From the IMG/VR virus record IMGVR_UViG_3300046692_000091, positions 1 through 64,000 of that record: 64,000 nucleotides of DNA; one strand, written 5' to 3'. The notes beneath the pieces were generated by a model. It saw only the letters and a program-made list of their open reading frames with translations. It made no database searches and was not told where the DNA came from. Shown here in pieces: positions 9,653 through 18,249 of this stretch. How positions within the stretch are numbered: position 1 is the stretch's first letter; every line of letters begins with the position of its first letter. A program made the translations under genes and the position numbers.

Positions 9653-9823
9653 ATGAAAAACCATATCTATTTCGTAATTGGTCTGACCATCGGTTCGATT
9701 GGTTTGGCTAACTTGTCTGCTCTGGCAGATGATCGTAAGGAAGTTGTAACTGTAGTTAAGAAGCAAACCATTCTCGGCCATCGCATTGGTCCTAATGGGC
9801 AAGAAATGCTGGTAGTTAAATAA
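9653..9823 (+). CDS. Membrane/secreted microprotein (56 aa)
   Basis: MKNHIYFVIGLTIGSIGLANLSALA, signal-peptide-like. Confidence 0.6.
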   Translation: MKNHIYFVIGLTIGSIGLANLSALADDRKEVVTVVKKQTILGHRIGPNGQEMLVVK

Positions 9824-9848
9824 CCCCACCTGCAAAGGAATACCGACT

Positions 9849-10052
9849 ATGAATCTGCTGACTCGCGTTGCTATCACTGCTACCGCTGGTATCGCTTCTG
9901 GCTTGGGTATCACCCTGCTGAAAGAAGGTATCAAACACGTCCACTCGGAAGACAAAGATGTACGCTTCGATGCCACCATCTTCGTGGGCGCTGGTGCGTT
10001 CTGCTTGGCTGCTGGTGTCACGGCTGTTCTCTCGACCGTCTTCGAGGAATGA
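9849..10052 (+). CDS. Two-TM Gly/Ala-rich microprotein
   Basis: 67 aa; AAGGA RBS. Confidence 0.7.
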   Translation: MNLLTRVAITATAGIASGLGITLLKEGIKHVHSEDKDVRFDATIFVGAGAFCLAAGVTAVLSTVFEE

Positions 10053-10333
10053 CAGGCTGGCAAACTGTGATGACACTGCTGCCCTACGTGGGCAGCATTT
10101 TATTGTCGTTCGGTGAAGCTTCAGTAAAAGCTTTCCAATCCCGTAACATTGCACATGGTCATGAGAAGCCGGCGTTCTACACATCGGTCCTGGTATCATC
10201 GACTAACGTTGCAAACATTACTTTCGTAGTCATGGGTGGTTGGTGGGTATTGTTACCTATAGCCATCGGTGGTTCATTCGGCACCGTATTCGCAATGCGC
10301 TTACACAAACATTTATTTAAGGAAAAGTCATGA
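10049..10333 (+). CDS. Small multi-pass membrane protein
   Basis: 94 aa with about three hydrophobic segments, ending GGSFGTVFAMRL. Confidence 0.7.
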   Translation: MTGWQTVMTLLPYVGSILLSFGEASVKAFQSRNIAHGHEKPAFYTSVLVSSTNVANITFVVMGGWWVLLPIAIGGSFGTVFAMRLHKHLFKEKS

Positions 10334-10722
10334 AACTCATTCAAAAAGCACTCGGTGCCCTGGTCAAGATCAAATCCTTCATCGTTATCCGTGACGACAA
10401 GCAACAACGTCTCGTTGATACTGAAGTCGATGCGATCATGGGTCACATCCGTGCGCTCTATCCACAGTTCATGACCGCTGGTAGTGATTTCAATATCATC
10501 CGTACTACAGGTGCGATCGAGTTGGACTTCAAACAAATGTCCTTCTACAAACAATCTTTCCGTGATCTTGGTATCGCCTTGAGCAATGCCACGCCTGAAA
10601 TGCAAGAAGCTGGTTTCAACATGTATCTGCGTTTCGGTAACAACATGATCCCAGTCAAAGTCTACAAACAAGTAGATATTGGTCGTGGTCATCTTTGCCG
10701 CATGATGAAGCCTGCGATTTAA
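10330..10722 (+). CDS. Hypothetical protein
   Basis: 130 aa, TAAGGA RBS, ATGA overlap with upstream stop. Confidence 0.75.
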   Translation: MKLIQKALGALVKIKSFIVIRDDKQQRLVDTEVDAIMGHIRALYPQFMTAGSDFNIIRTTGAIELDFKQMSFYKQSFRDLGIALSNATPEMQEAGFNMYLRFGNNMIPVKVYKQVDIGRGHLCRMMKPAI

Positions 10723-10756
10723 AACATTTAAACGACTATATTACTGTTGTGATAAC
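10716..10756 (+). promoter_or_regulatory. Early promoter
   Basis: GATTTAAAACATTTAAACGACTATATTACTGTTGTGATAA; core at 10737-10744. Confidence 0.85.
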
Positions 10757-10782
10757 AGTTATCAATTTAAGGAGTTTCACCT

Positions 10783-10974
10783 ATGTCCGTATTCGAAAAT
10801 CTTGTTGCTGGTGGTTCTGCTGGTGCTGCTACCGGAGTTGGTGTCCTCTTCCTGACCGAAGGTAACCGGTTCCGCAAGGAAGGCGATAAGAAGAGTGCGG
10901 CCATTCTTCTAACCGCCGGTGCCATTGTTGGTCTGACTGGTATCTGCCACTTCGTTAATCTGCTTCGTAAGTAA
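10783..10974 (+). CDS. Two-TM glycine-zipper-like microprotein
   Basis: 63 aa; TAAGGAG RBS; AGGSAGAATGVG. Confidence 0.7.
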   Translation: MSVFENLVAGGSAGAATGVGVLFLTEGNRFRKEGDKKSAAILLTAGAIVGLTGICHFVNLLRK

Positions 10975-11003
10975 TTAACCAATCTAAGTTTAGGAGTATC
11001 CCC

Positions 11004-11120
11004 ATGGGTTCTTTCGTCAAGATCGTTATCGTTGCAGTAACCTGCGGCGTAGTTCAACAACTCGTTACTTCGGTTTCCGAGGCGTACCGTCCATCTCCGA
11101 AGGTTGAAGAACCTAAGTAA
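11004..11120 (+). CDS. Membrane microprotein (38 aa)
   Basis: TAGGAG RBS; FVKIVIVAVTCGVV. Confidence 0.55.
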   Translation: MGSFVKIVIVAVTCGVVQQLVTSVSEAYRPSPKVEEPK

Positions 11121-11172
11121 GTTCTTCTGTAAGTCTCCCACCGAATTTCAAATTAAGCTAGGGGCAATAACC

Positions 11173-11307
11173 ATGGGCAAAGCATTTATGGAAATGGGCG
11201 TGATTGGCAAGGTGATCGTGGTTCTGATCATTGCCAGTACCACCAAAGAATGTGTTCGGCACATTGCTGAAACCATTCGCATGAACAAAGAAGCATCCCC
11301 GAAGTAA
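11173..11307 (+). CDS. Membrane microprotein (44 aa)
   Basis: AGGGG RBS; VIGKVIVVLIIA. Confidence 0.55.
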   Translation: MGKAFMEMGVIGKVIVVLIIASTTKECVRHIAETIRMNKEASPK

Positions 11308-11358
11308 TCGGCGATTCCGCCTGCTGTACGTTTACTACCCCACGTAAGGAGTAACACC

Positions 11359-11529
11359 ATGTTCAGTACTCTTCTGAAAGTTGCTGGTATCGCCGCTATC
11401 GGTTACATCGGTTTCCAAGTCGGTCGTCACTGGGATGAAATCTCTGCGGAGATGGAAACCCTGGACCCACCGACGCCAACTGAACCCACTGTGGTCGTTG
11501 ATTCACCAATGCCACCGGCTGGAGAATAA
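11359..11529 (+). CDS. Membrane microprotein (56 aa) with Pro-rich tail
   Basis: TAAGGAG RBS; LLKVAGIAAIGYIGF. Confidence 0.65.
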   Translation: MFSTLLKVAGIAAIGYIGFQVGRHWDEISAEMETLDPPTPTEPTVVVDSPMPPAGE

Positions 11530-11532
11530 GTC

Positions 11533-11817
11533 ATGTCATTACTCGGTTCACTGATCAAGATCGGCGCAGTCGCCACCCTCGTTGTATTAGGTCAACGACT
11601 CTGGGACCGCTATCAGGTTGAAGACCTGTATGTGGAACTGGATGCGATCGTTGATCGTGTCCGGGCTGACAAAGGTCGGCGAGGAACTGTGCGTGCACAT
11701 GTCCTGGTCGAAGCAAAAGAACTCATCGCGATGTATGAACGTAAAGTAAATTACGTTGATTCATTGAATGAGCTCCGCCGTAACGTTGAGATCTACATCG
11801 AGTCGATCCCTGACTGA
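11533..11817 (+). CDS. Small N-anchored membrane protein
   Basis: 94 aa, GGAG RBS. Confidence 0.7.
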   Translation: MSLLGSLIKIGAVATLVVLGQRLWDRYQVEDLYVELDAIVDRVRADKGRRGTVRAHVLVEAKELIAMYERKVNYVDSLNELRRNVEIYIESIPD

Positions 11818-11822
11818 TGTCC

Positions 11823-11863
11823 GGGGTGGGGGGCTTCGGTCCCCCATCTCAACTTTCTTTTTT
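11823..11863 (+). terminator. Intrinsic terminator
   Basis: GGGGTGGGGGGC-TTCG-GTCCCCCATCTC then T-run. Confidence 0.75.
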
Positions 11864-11895
11864 ATACCGTATTAATTTTATTTAGGGGTTAACAC

Positions 11896-12231
11896 ATGTC
11901 CAACATCAAACTAGAAATCGCTGGGAAGATTGCATTCGCTGTAATAGCTACAGTAGCATTTGTTGCTATCGCGCAAGCTGCTGCACCAATGCGTGAGATC
12001 AATACAATCATCGAAGAAGTAAAGCTCGATTGGGTTGATGCTAAAATGCGTCAGTCCATTAATGACAAATACAATGCTGGTAAGTTAACTCGGCTTGCCT
12101 GGTTGGAAGCTATGCATAACGGTCCAGCTGCAACGTTATGGTTGCGCCTGTCTACAACTTATCCAAATCATACACACTACATCGCAAAACGTATCCGTCA
12201 AGAATATCCACATGCAACCAAATGGGTTTAA
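11896..12231 (+). CDS. N-anchored or secreted small protein
   Basis: 111 aa, AGGGG RBS, IAFAVIATVAFVAIAQA. Confidence 0.7.
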   Translation: MSNIKLEIAGKIAFAVIATVAFVAIAQAAAPMREINTIIEEVKLDWVDAKMRQSINDKYNAGKLTRLAWLEAMHNGPAATLWLRLSTTYPNHTHYIAKRIRQEYPHATKWV

Positions 12232-12233
12232 TC

Positions 12234-12437
12234 ATGCGCAAGATAGCTCTATCCCTGGCAATGTGCTGCGCCTGTATCATTGGCGTGGCTCAAGCCATGT
12301 GGGAAATCGAACAACCGGTTGGTGGCGTTTCAGAACAGTTCTGTAAGCGCCCTGATCGTCCTTGCACAGCTTTTAGCTACGAGGTGACCTATGAGTCAGT
12401 CGCCGCAACTTCAATCCCTACAGAGATCGTCCAGTGA
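12234..12437 (+). CDS. Small secreted protein (signal peptide ending AQA)
   Basis: MRKIALSLAMCCACIIGVAQA. Confidence 0.55.
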   Translation: MRKIALSLAMCCACIIGVAQAMWEIEQPVGGVSEQFCKRPDRPCTAFSYEVTYESVAATSIPTEIVQ

Positions 12438-12739
12438 TCGTTAAAACGTTTCCAACTCATTCCCAGATCTGGCCTGCTGTACCGAAAGGTAAAGTGGACA
12501 AGCTCCGTAACTTGATCGTCAAGAACATGATGTTCCCTGATAACCAACCGGCCTGGCAAGTTTCAGGTCCTAAAGGTGAACAGGGTTTCAATGTTCGTAT
12601 TCCTGGTATCTACTCTGCTGAAGAAGTAGAAGTGTATCGTCAGGAAATGTCATCGGCTGACTGGGAACTCCGGAAAGTCAAACACCATGCTGGGAACACA
12701 ATTATCGTTCTCGTCAAAACAGGAAATGACCATGCTTGA
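12434..12739 (+). CDS. Hypothetical protein, distant member of the 'YW..G..EL..GW' family
   Basis: 101 aa; FNVRIPGIYSAEEVEVYRQEMSSADW. Confidence 0.6.
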   Translation: MIVKTFPTHSQIWPAVPKGKVDKLRNLIVKNMMFPDNQPAWQVSGPKGEQGFNVRIPGIYSAEEVEVYRQEMSSADWELRKVKHHAGNTIIVLVKTGNDHA

Positions 12740-13247
12740 GTTGTCGCCACTTGTTACACAACTGTTCCGTACCATCCCAACGAATGACACAATTGAGAAC
12801 TGGCGTGAGCTGGCTCATTTATTCGTTACCGCGATGAATACGGAACAACCCGATTGGTTGGACGATTGCCCAGTGCTACTCGCTGGTGACCCCAACGAAT
12901 GGGATTGGATGGCGTGGTTGATCGTTCTCAAGTGTCTTGTTGAGAAGGGTTTTAAGCTTCAGGTTGGTAACTGCAAGTCCTACTGGTTCCTAAAGAGCCA
13001 AACTTCCAAGTGGGCTACGATCGAAGGTGAACATAAGCTGATCGAGCTTTGTTTCGTGTCTCTATTCGGGGATACCTTCTCTGGCCATGCCACTGAGTAT
13101 TACCCTTCATCTGATGCACTGCAGGCTATTCGTGCATTGCGTCGTCGTATCGTGGATGACCTGACTACGAAAGATTCTGGTTTCGGTTGGTCGGTTGAAG
13201 AAGCCATTCGTCTTAATGGGAAGAGTCATGTTGCGATTCCTGCGTAA
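12726..13247 (+). CDS. Hypothetical protein
   Basis: Start reassigned to ATG after AGGA; about 173 aa. Confidence 0.7.
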   Translation: MTMLELSPLVTQLFRTIPTNDTIENWRELAHLFVTAMNTEQPDWLDDCPVLLAGDPNEWDWMAWLIVLKCLVEKGFKLQVGNCKSYWFLKSQTSKWATIEGEHKLIELCFVSLFGDTFSGHATEYYPSSDALQAIRALRRRIVDDLTTKDSGFGWSVEEAIRLNGKSHVAIPA

Positions 13248-13446
13248 ACTGTTGGGTCTGTGTAATCACGAATACCAGATGATCTCCCGTGAACGAGTTA
13301 AGTCTCGTCCGGGGGCTACATTTATTTCGATTGATCGTGCTGGTAAGTACGACACTCATGAATTGTTCGTGTTCCAATGTGCTCATTGCTGCACTGTTCG
13401 TACACGACGTGTTGATTTGGTTACGGGAAAAGTGAAATGCCGTTAG
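13228..13446 (+). CDS. Small putative Zn-ribbon protein
   Basis: CNHEY...QCAHC motif. Confidence 0.6.
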   Translation: MLRFLRKLLGLCNHEYQMISRERVKSRPGATFISIDRAGKYDTHELFVFQCAHCCTVRTRRVDLVTGKVKCR

Positions 13447-13643
13447 GTATGGCCGGTGGAGTTATCTTCGCCATGACTGTTATGTTGATCATCTCTATTC
13501 TGGCAGCAATCGTTGTCATCAATAAAGATAGCCACGATCGCAATGGTCAGTTGATGTGGACCTTCGGGACAATGGGTGTAGAGGTACTGGTTATTTTCGT
13601 AACCATGACTAACTACATCAATCACGGGATAGGTGCTGCATGA
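13437..13643 (+). CDS. Two-TM microprotein
   Basis: 68 aa, two hydrophobic helices. Confidence 0.65.
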   Translation: MPLGMAGGVIFAMTVMLIISILAAIVVINKDSHDRNGQLMWTFGTMGVEVLVIFVTMTNYINHGIGAA

Positions 13644-13906
13644 TGATCCCATGGATAACACTAGCGGTAGCCTTGGCAGCTCTTGTAGTTGCCGTTATCG
13701 CTCTTTACAGAGCAACTCATACCGAGCGTAAGGTTATGGTGATACCACCGCCTTGCTCTCACAAGTGGAGTGTGCGTGATTTCTCTAACCAGACTGATCG
13801 AAACTACCGCTGCACGGGGTATGTGTACATCATGCAGTGTGCCAACTGTGGTGATCTTAAAGACATGCATGTTAACGTTAACGGACGCAATCGGACGGAA
13901 CATTAA
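13640..13906 (+). CDS. Membrane-anchored putative Zn-ribbon protein
   Basis: N-terminal TM, then CSHKW...QCANC. Confidence 0.65.
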   Translation: MMIPWITLAVALAALVVAVIALYRATHTERKVMVIPPPCSHKWSVRDFSNQTDRNYRCTGYVYIMQCANCGDLKDMHVNVNGRNRTEH

Positions 13907-14403
13907 TGAAAGACGAAACTCTGTACCAAGCATTCCAGGCTTTGTTCTTCACCTGCTGGCAATCGAAAGATGCTAAAAAGAACTACACCGAAAAGCTTCG
14001 TGCTCTGTGTGAACTCGGTGAAGGGGTATGGCCTGAGCGTTTCGAGATGGTTCGAGGCAACCATGCCTGGCCCAACTGGCAACAGCGTTACAATGACCCT
14101 GAGGCTATTCTGCCTCAGCAGATCTGTGACGATGCATTGCTGCAACGTATTACGATCGAGATGTTGATGGACTGCTCGTTTCATGCTCGGAATGATTGGT
14201 ACATCAATATCGAAGGTAATCGTCGTGTTGATGATGGCTTGGGTGCAATCAAGTTGACCTACTATAACCGTGTCTCGGAAGAGACTCTGTATATCGGTCA
14301 GTTCTTCGGTTGCGGTATTACCAGCAATGCCATTATTGAAGTGGGTCGACACATCCGCTTCATTGAAGGTGCTTCTAATCCAATGACGGCCGATACTGAA
14401 TGA
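13906..14403 (+). CDS. Hypothetical protein
   Basis: 165 aa, TAATG overlap. Confidence 0.7.
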   Translation: MKDETLYQAFQALFFTCWQSKDAKKNYTEKLRALCELGEGVWPERFEMVRGNHAWPNWQQRYNDPEAILPQQICDDALLQRITIEMLMDCSFHARNDWYINIEGNRRVDDGLGAIKLTYYNRVSEETLYIGQFFGCGITSNAIIEVGRHIRFIEGASNPMTADTE

Positions 14404-14648
14404 TCCAGATAACTTCAATGGGTTTCTGGGCAGCATGTGCATTGATCAGTGTTGCCATTGCCTTCTTAGGTGGATGGCATCATTGGCACCTGGATGAACG
14501 CTTTCGTGAACTAAAGGTTCACAATGACAGTCAGGTTAAATACTTCAGTACAATCGTGCACTTGTTCGGTTGTATTGCATGGATAATCCTGGCTGCAATC
14601 TGTTGTGGAATGATGGTTTACATGGACATCAAAGCACGGGGATTGTAA
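14400..14648 (+). CDS. Two-TM small protein
   Basis: 82 aa. Confidence 0.65.
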   Translation: MIQITSMGFWAACALISVAIAFLGGWHHWHLDERFRELKVHNDSQVKYFSTIVHLFGCIAWIILAAICCGMMVYMDIKARGL

Positions 14649-14659
14649 AAGTACTGACA

Positions 14660-14712
14660 CCCCCTACCTAATGTGGAGACAGGCTACTAAGAGCATAGGA
14701 GGGGGCTTTTTA
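14660..14712 (+). terminator. Long-loop hairpin terminator
   Basis: CCCCCT-A-CCT-A-ATG...CAT-AGG-AGGGGG then CTTTTT. Confidence 0.55.
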
Positions 14713-14793
14713 TCGCTTTAATTGGGAGTAGAGTCTTTAGCTCTACTCTTCCTTTATTCTTTTTGCTCTACGATAACCCAACAGGGGATTACT

Positions 14794-15132
14794 ATGAAAC
14801 TGGTAACGGCTTCATCTTCTGCACGTATATTTCTTGATGCCAAGCTGGCTACAACAATTTATACGGATGAGAACTCTAACAAGCAGACTGTTTACTCATG
14901 GCGTGTGATAATCGATGGTGATTATGTTGCATACGTGGCAACACACTCTCGCCGGCTAAGGGATCTGGTTGATGCTAAATGGTTCCCCTCTAAAGTTACA
15001 TTGGGTGAGTACATTGCACTCATCTCTCTTTATGAGGATGGTGAACCTGAATCGGAAGATATGTTCACTGAGACAACGTCGGTATACTCGTTTGATGAGT
15101 ATATTGCTTATCTAGATGAAGATTCTGTCTAG
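14794..15132 (+). CDS. Hypothetical protein, acidic C-terminus
   Basis: Start at ATG after AGGGGA. Confidence 0.65.
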   Translation: MKLVTASSSARIFLDAKLATTIYTDENSNKQTVYSWRVIIDGDYVAYVATHSRRLRDLVDAKWFPSKVTLGEYIALISLYEDGEPESEDMFTETTSVYSFDEYIAYLDEDSV

Positions 15133-15174
15133 TAAGTCGGTACATTAACTTTAATACCACAATAGGGATTCACC

Positions 15175-15717
15175 ATGTTCAAGTCTGGCGATAGTTATAC
15201 CGTACCGGTTTTACAAATTGGCAATATCGATTTCCTGCGGGAAGGATGGTCAGAGGAGGCCGGAGTAGCAGGTGATCGTATTTGGTGTATTACCAATAAC
15301 CCTAAGTCTGGTATTATCCGTGTACAGGTTACGAAAGTAAAACGTTTCCCACTGCGTACTGTTCAAGAACTCCGTAAGATTTCTGAAATGGTTAACTGGG
15401 CTCTTACTGATGGGTACTACATGGACGTTCATCAAGTCCATGGTTACCTGCAGAACAAGTACATGTGCCTGATGTTGAAAGGCAGCCATTGTCATTCGTT
15501 CACCAGAACAGAAACAGATATGGGGGTTGATTACATCATGACTTATCTGAATGCATCCAGTAATGGCACATGCACATCAGTAGCCCAGCATGTGACTAAT
15601 CTAGCTGGCTGTGATCTTGACCCATGGCAAATGCGTGCATCTGCACGTACCTGGTATCAACGTCTGTTAGATGACATCGAATTCAAACTTAACCAACTAG
15701 AGAAGGAAGCAGCTTGA
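15175..15717 (+). CDS. Hypothetical protein
   Basis: 180 aa, AGGGA RBS. Confidence 0.7.
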   Translation: MFKSGDSYTVPVLQIGNIDFLREGWSEEAGVAGDRIWCITNNPKSGIIRVQVTKVKRFPLRTVQELRKISEMVNWALTDGYYMDVHQVHGYLQNKYMCLMLKGSHCHSFTRTETDMGVDYIMTYLNASSNGTCTSVAQHVTNLAGCDLDPWQMRASARTWYQRLLDDIEFKLNQLEKEAA

Positions 15718-16511
15718 TGTTGTCTAATATTGAACATGGCCTCCAACACTTCGGTTTCGGTAAAGCATACATCGCGTTAGCACCAGAAACAGTTCGTAGT
15801 GAATCTTACTACATTGCACTTAGTGATGGTAAGACTACCTGGTATCTTGGCCGGCATGAGAACTGGATAACCGTGTACAATGAATCCATGTTGCTAACCT
15901 GGAATCAAACAGAGCACTTCTGGCTCAACGAACAACGTCCTAGGTTACTGCAAGGCATAGCACTGCAGGTGGGTCACATTGCCAAGAAGTTCGATATGAA
16001 AACAGTTTGTCTTAATCTGGTTGAACTCGATACCAACGTTATTGTAGACTCGGTCTGGATCGAACAGTACATCACCAAACGTGCTCAGTTGGTACCTATC
16101 TCCATGGCGATGAACTTATCACCCGAACAAACCCGTGGTGTGTATGCCGTAGGACAACAGCAATGTCAGGTTTTCGATAACTACCACATAACAACTCCGG
16201 CTACGACAGAAGAAAGTGACTGGGCTATCCCGACAGTTGCAGAATTCCGTAAGCGTCAGAACATGGACACTGTTACTTATCAAGAAGTGATGAATGCTGT
16301 TGAAGCATTATTCGAAGATCCAAAGATGTGGGATCAGCGTTTGGTTAGCGATGATCGTTATTATTGGACCATCGGAGTCCATGGTCAGGTAAGCCAAGGA
16401 CTCATGAACAAAGTAAAACTGGAACTTACTACAAAAGGCTGGGATGTCCTCTGGGGTCACAATTCAAGACACTGGGATCTGTCTCTGTATGTAAATAAGG
16501 AAAACAAGTAA
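15714..16511 (+). CDS. Hypothetical protein with C-terminal 'YW..G..EL..GW' domain
   Basis: 265 aa; C-terminus YYWTIGVHG...KVKLELTTKGW. Confidence 0.7.
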   Translation: MMLSNIEHGLQHFGFGKAYIALAPETVRSESYYIALSDGKTTWYLGRHENWITVYNESMLLTWNQTEHFWLNEQRPRLLQGIALQVGHIAKKFDMKTVCLNLVELDTNVIVDSVWIEQYITKRAQLVPISMAMNLSPEQTRGVYAVGQQQCQVFDNYHITTPATTEESDWAIPTVAEFRKRQNMDTVTYQEVMNAVEALFEDPKMWDQRLVSDDRYYWTIGVHGQVSQGLMNKVKLELTTKGWDVLWGHNSRHWDLSLYVNKENK

Positions 16512-16807
16512 TGCACGTAACTAAGTTTATGTCTCGACACGTACCAACCATTCCCGAGGATCTCAACATTGTTGAATATCCATCTGCTGGAATGTTCCTG
16601 GTAGATTTGAAACGTCGTGCCCGTGCTGTGGCAGGACTCCGTGGTGTCACCAATGCAGATACCATGTCTCTCGATCTGAATGCTTTGCAACATGCTGAGC
16701 GTAAGATCGTTGATGGTTACAAAGGAAAGTTCTCGGTTGATGAACACATCATCGCTGAGTACGCAATTCACGTCGCAAACGAATCCTGCTATTGGAACTT
16801 CAAATAA
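16511..16807 (+). CDS. Hypothetical protein
   Basis: 98 aa, TAATG overlap. Confidence 0.7.
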   Translation: MHVTKFMSRHVPTIPEDLNIVEYPSAGMFLVDLKRRARAVAGLRGVTNADTMSLDLNALQHAERKIVDGYKGKFSVDEHIIAEYAIHVANESCYWNFK

Positions 16808-16856
16808 AACTACTCTGGAGCAAACATTATGTTTGTCTTTTAGAGTGGTGGTGAAA

Positions 16857-17393
16857 ATGTCAGTAATAGTAGAACAAGCAAGAGCATTCTGTGTAGGTGC
16901 CCATACCGCGGTAGGACAAGTACGCAAATATACTTTTGAAGATTACCATTGGCATCCGTTCGGCGTTCTAGAGATCCTGGAACTCGCTGCGGATGTCGAT
17001 GATGAAATGCGTTGTGGTGCTTTACTGCATGACGTAGAAGAAGATACCGCTACTAAAAATGGTCACATTGCGTGGATATTCGGTACGGGTGTCGCTTCAC
17101 TGGTCTCTGACCTAACTGACGTATCGAAACCAGAAGATGGTAATCGGGAAGTTCGTAAGGCCATTGATCGGGAACATACAGCAAAAGCACAACCGCGAGC
17201 TAAAACCATTAAGCTTGCTGACTTGATCCACAACTCCAGAAACATCATGGAGTGCGATCTGAAGTTTGCTAAGGTGTACATGCCTGAGAAACGGGCACTG
17301 TTGGAAGTCCTTACTGAAGGAGACCCAACGCTGTATGCTATCGCTAAAGAAATCGTAGATAACTATTTCCTGGAGAACCCTGATGTTTCGTAA
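16857..17393 (+). CDS. HD-domain small alarmone hydrolase-like protein (RelA/SpoT/Mesh1 hydrolase family)
   Basis: AH..GQVRK..Y..HP, LLHDVEEDT and KLADLIHN motifs of the (p)ppGpp hydrolase HD domain. Confidence 0.85.
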   Translation: MSVIVEQARAFCVGAHTAVGQVRKYTFEDYHWHPFGVLEILELAADVDDEMRCGALLHDVEEDTATKNGHIAWIFGTGVASLVSDLTDVSKPEDGNREVRKAIDREHTAKAQPRAKTIKLADLIHNSRNIMECDLKFAKVYMPEKRALLEVLTEGDPTLYAIAKEIVDNYFLENPDVS

Positions 17394-17814
17394 ACTGAAA
17401 GAAGCCCTCATTGGCGTTTGGTCTGATGATCGTGATCCAAACGCCCCACTGCGTCGTGAACGCGCTGACATGAATCGTCGCGTAGCGAATCTGGTGGAGC
17501 GGGCTATTGTAAGTGGCGCATACGCCGGCCCACGTTTAGCCGATGACGGTTTCATGTGTATCGTTCTGAGCAACACTGTCGATGATATTGAAGCGGCAAA
17601 GGTAGCAAGAGAACGGATCATGCACCGTATCTATCCGAAGGTATCTTTGGTGTCTTATCTGGTGGAACACGACGAGCTTGATCTTACAGACGACCAGTTT
17701 ACAATGCGTATCCATGCCTCGAATTGGTACTGGAAATTTGTTAATGAACAACGCGGTCATGCAGATCGCCTTGAACAAAATTGCTGCCCCTTCCAATTTA
17801 ATAAGGTTCTGTGA
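17383..17814 (+). CDS. Hypothetical protein (FMC...WYWxF family)
   Basis: 143 aa. Confidence 0.7.
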   Translation: MFRKLKEALIGVWSDDRDPNAPLRRERADMNRRVANLVERAIVSGAYAGPRLADDGFMCIVLSNTVDDIEAAKVARERIMHRIYPKVSLVSYLVEHDELDLTDDQFTMRIHASNWYWKFVNEQRGHADRLEQNCCPFQFNKVL

Positions 17815-18245
17815 TGCGTGAAGCTTTTCGTAATCTCTTTGTAAAGTATCTCCCTGGCTGTGACTATGCTCGTGGTATCGAATTCGAGCGTAAGCGGGAT
17901 CAAGAAGTACACGAACTCCGTACTGCCGCTGCAACAATCAAAAAGATGTTGTGTAAAGGCTATTATTTCCAGCCATATTCTGCGTTCATGTGTGTAGCTG
18001 TGTCGCAAGCAAATCATCGTAAAGAACTCACTGACGAAGAATGCATTATCACCAGAAAGGTGATTGCAACTGAGTTGGGTGATGACCAGGTCCTTGCGAT
18101 CCACATGCGTTATCGCGGTGAACGTCTCGAAGACGATTATGATGGCGATGAATTCGTTGCACGTATTGCCCGTTCCGTATGGTACTGGCAGTTCATCAAA
18201 CGTCTGCAGCTCCGTGCAGCCCAACGCTCAGCACAGTTCTGGTGA
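17811..18245 (+). CDS. Hypothetical protein, paralog of 17383-17814
   Basis: 144 aa; shared FMC and WYW(K/Q)F motifs. Confidence 0.7.
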   Translation: MMREAFRNLFVKYLPGCDYARGIEFERKRDQEVHELRTAAATIKKMLCKGYYFQPYSAFMCVAVSQANHRKELTDEECIITRKVIATELGDDQVLAIHMRYRGERLEDDYDGDEFVARIARSVWYWQFIKRLQLRAAQRSAQFW

Positions 18246-18249
18246 TCCC

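Noticed and set aside
14660-14712. tRNA or structured ncRNA
   Set aside because: Too short, no T-loop/D-loop consensus or CCA; fits a terminator with a large loop.
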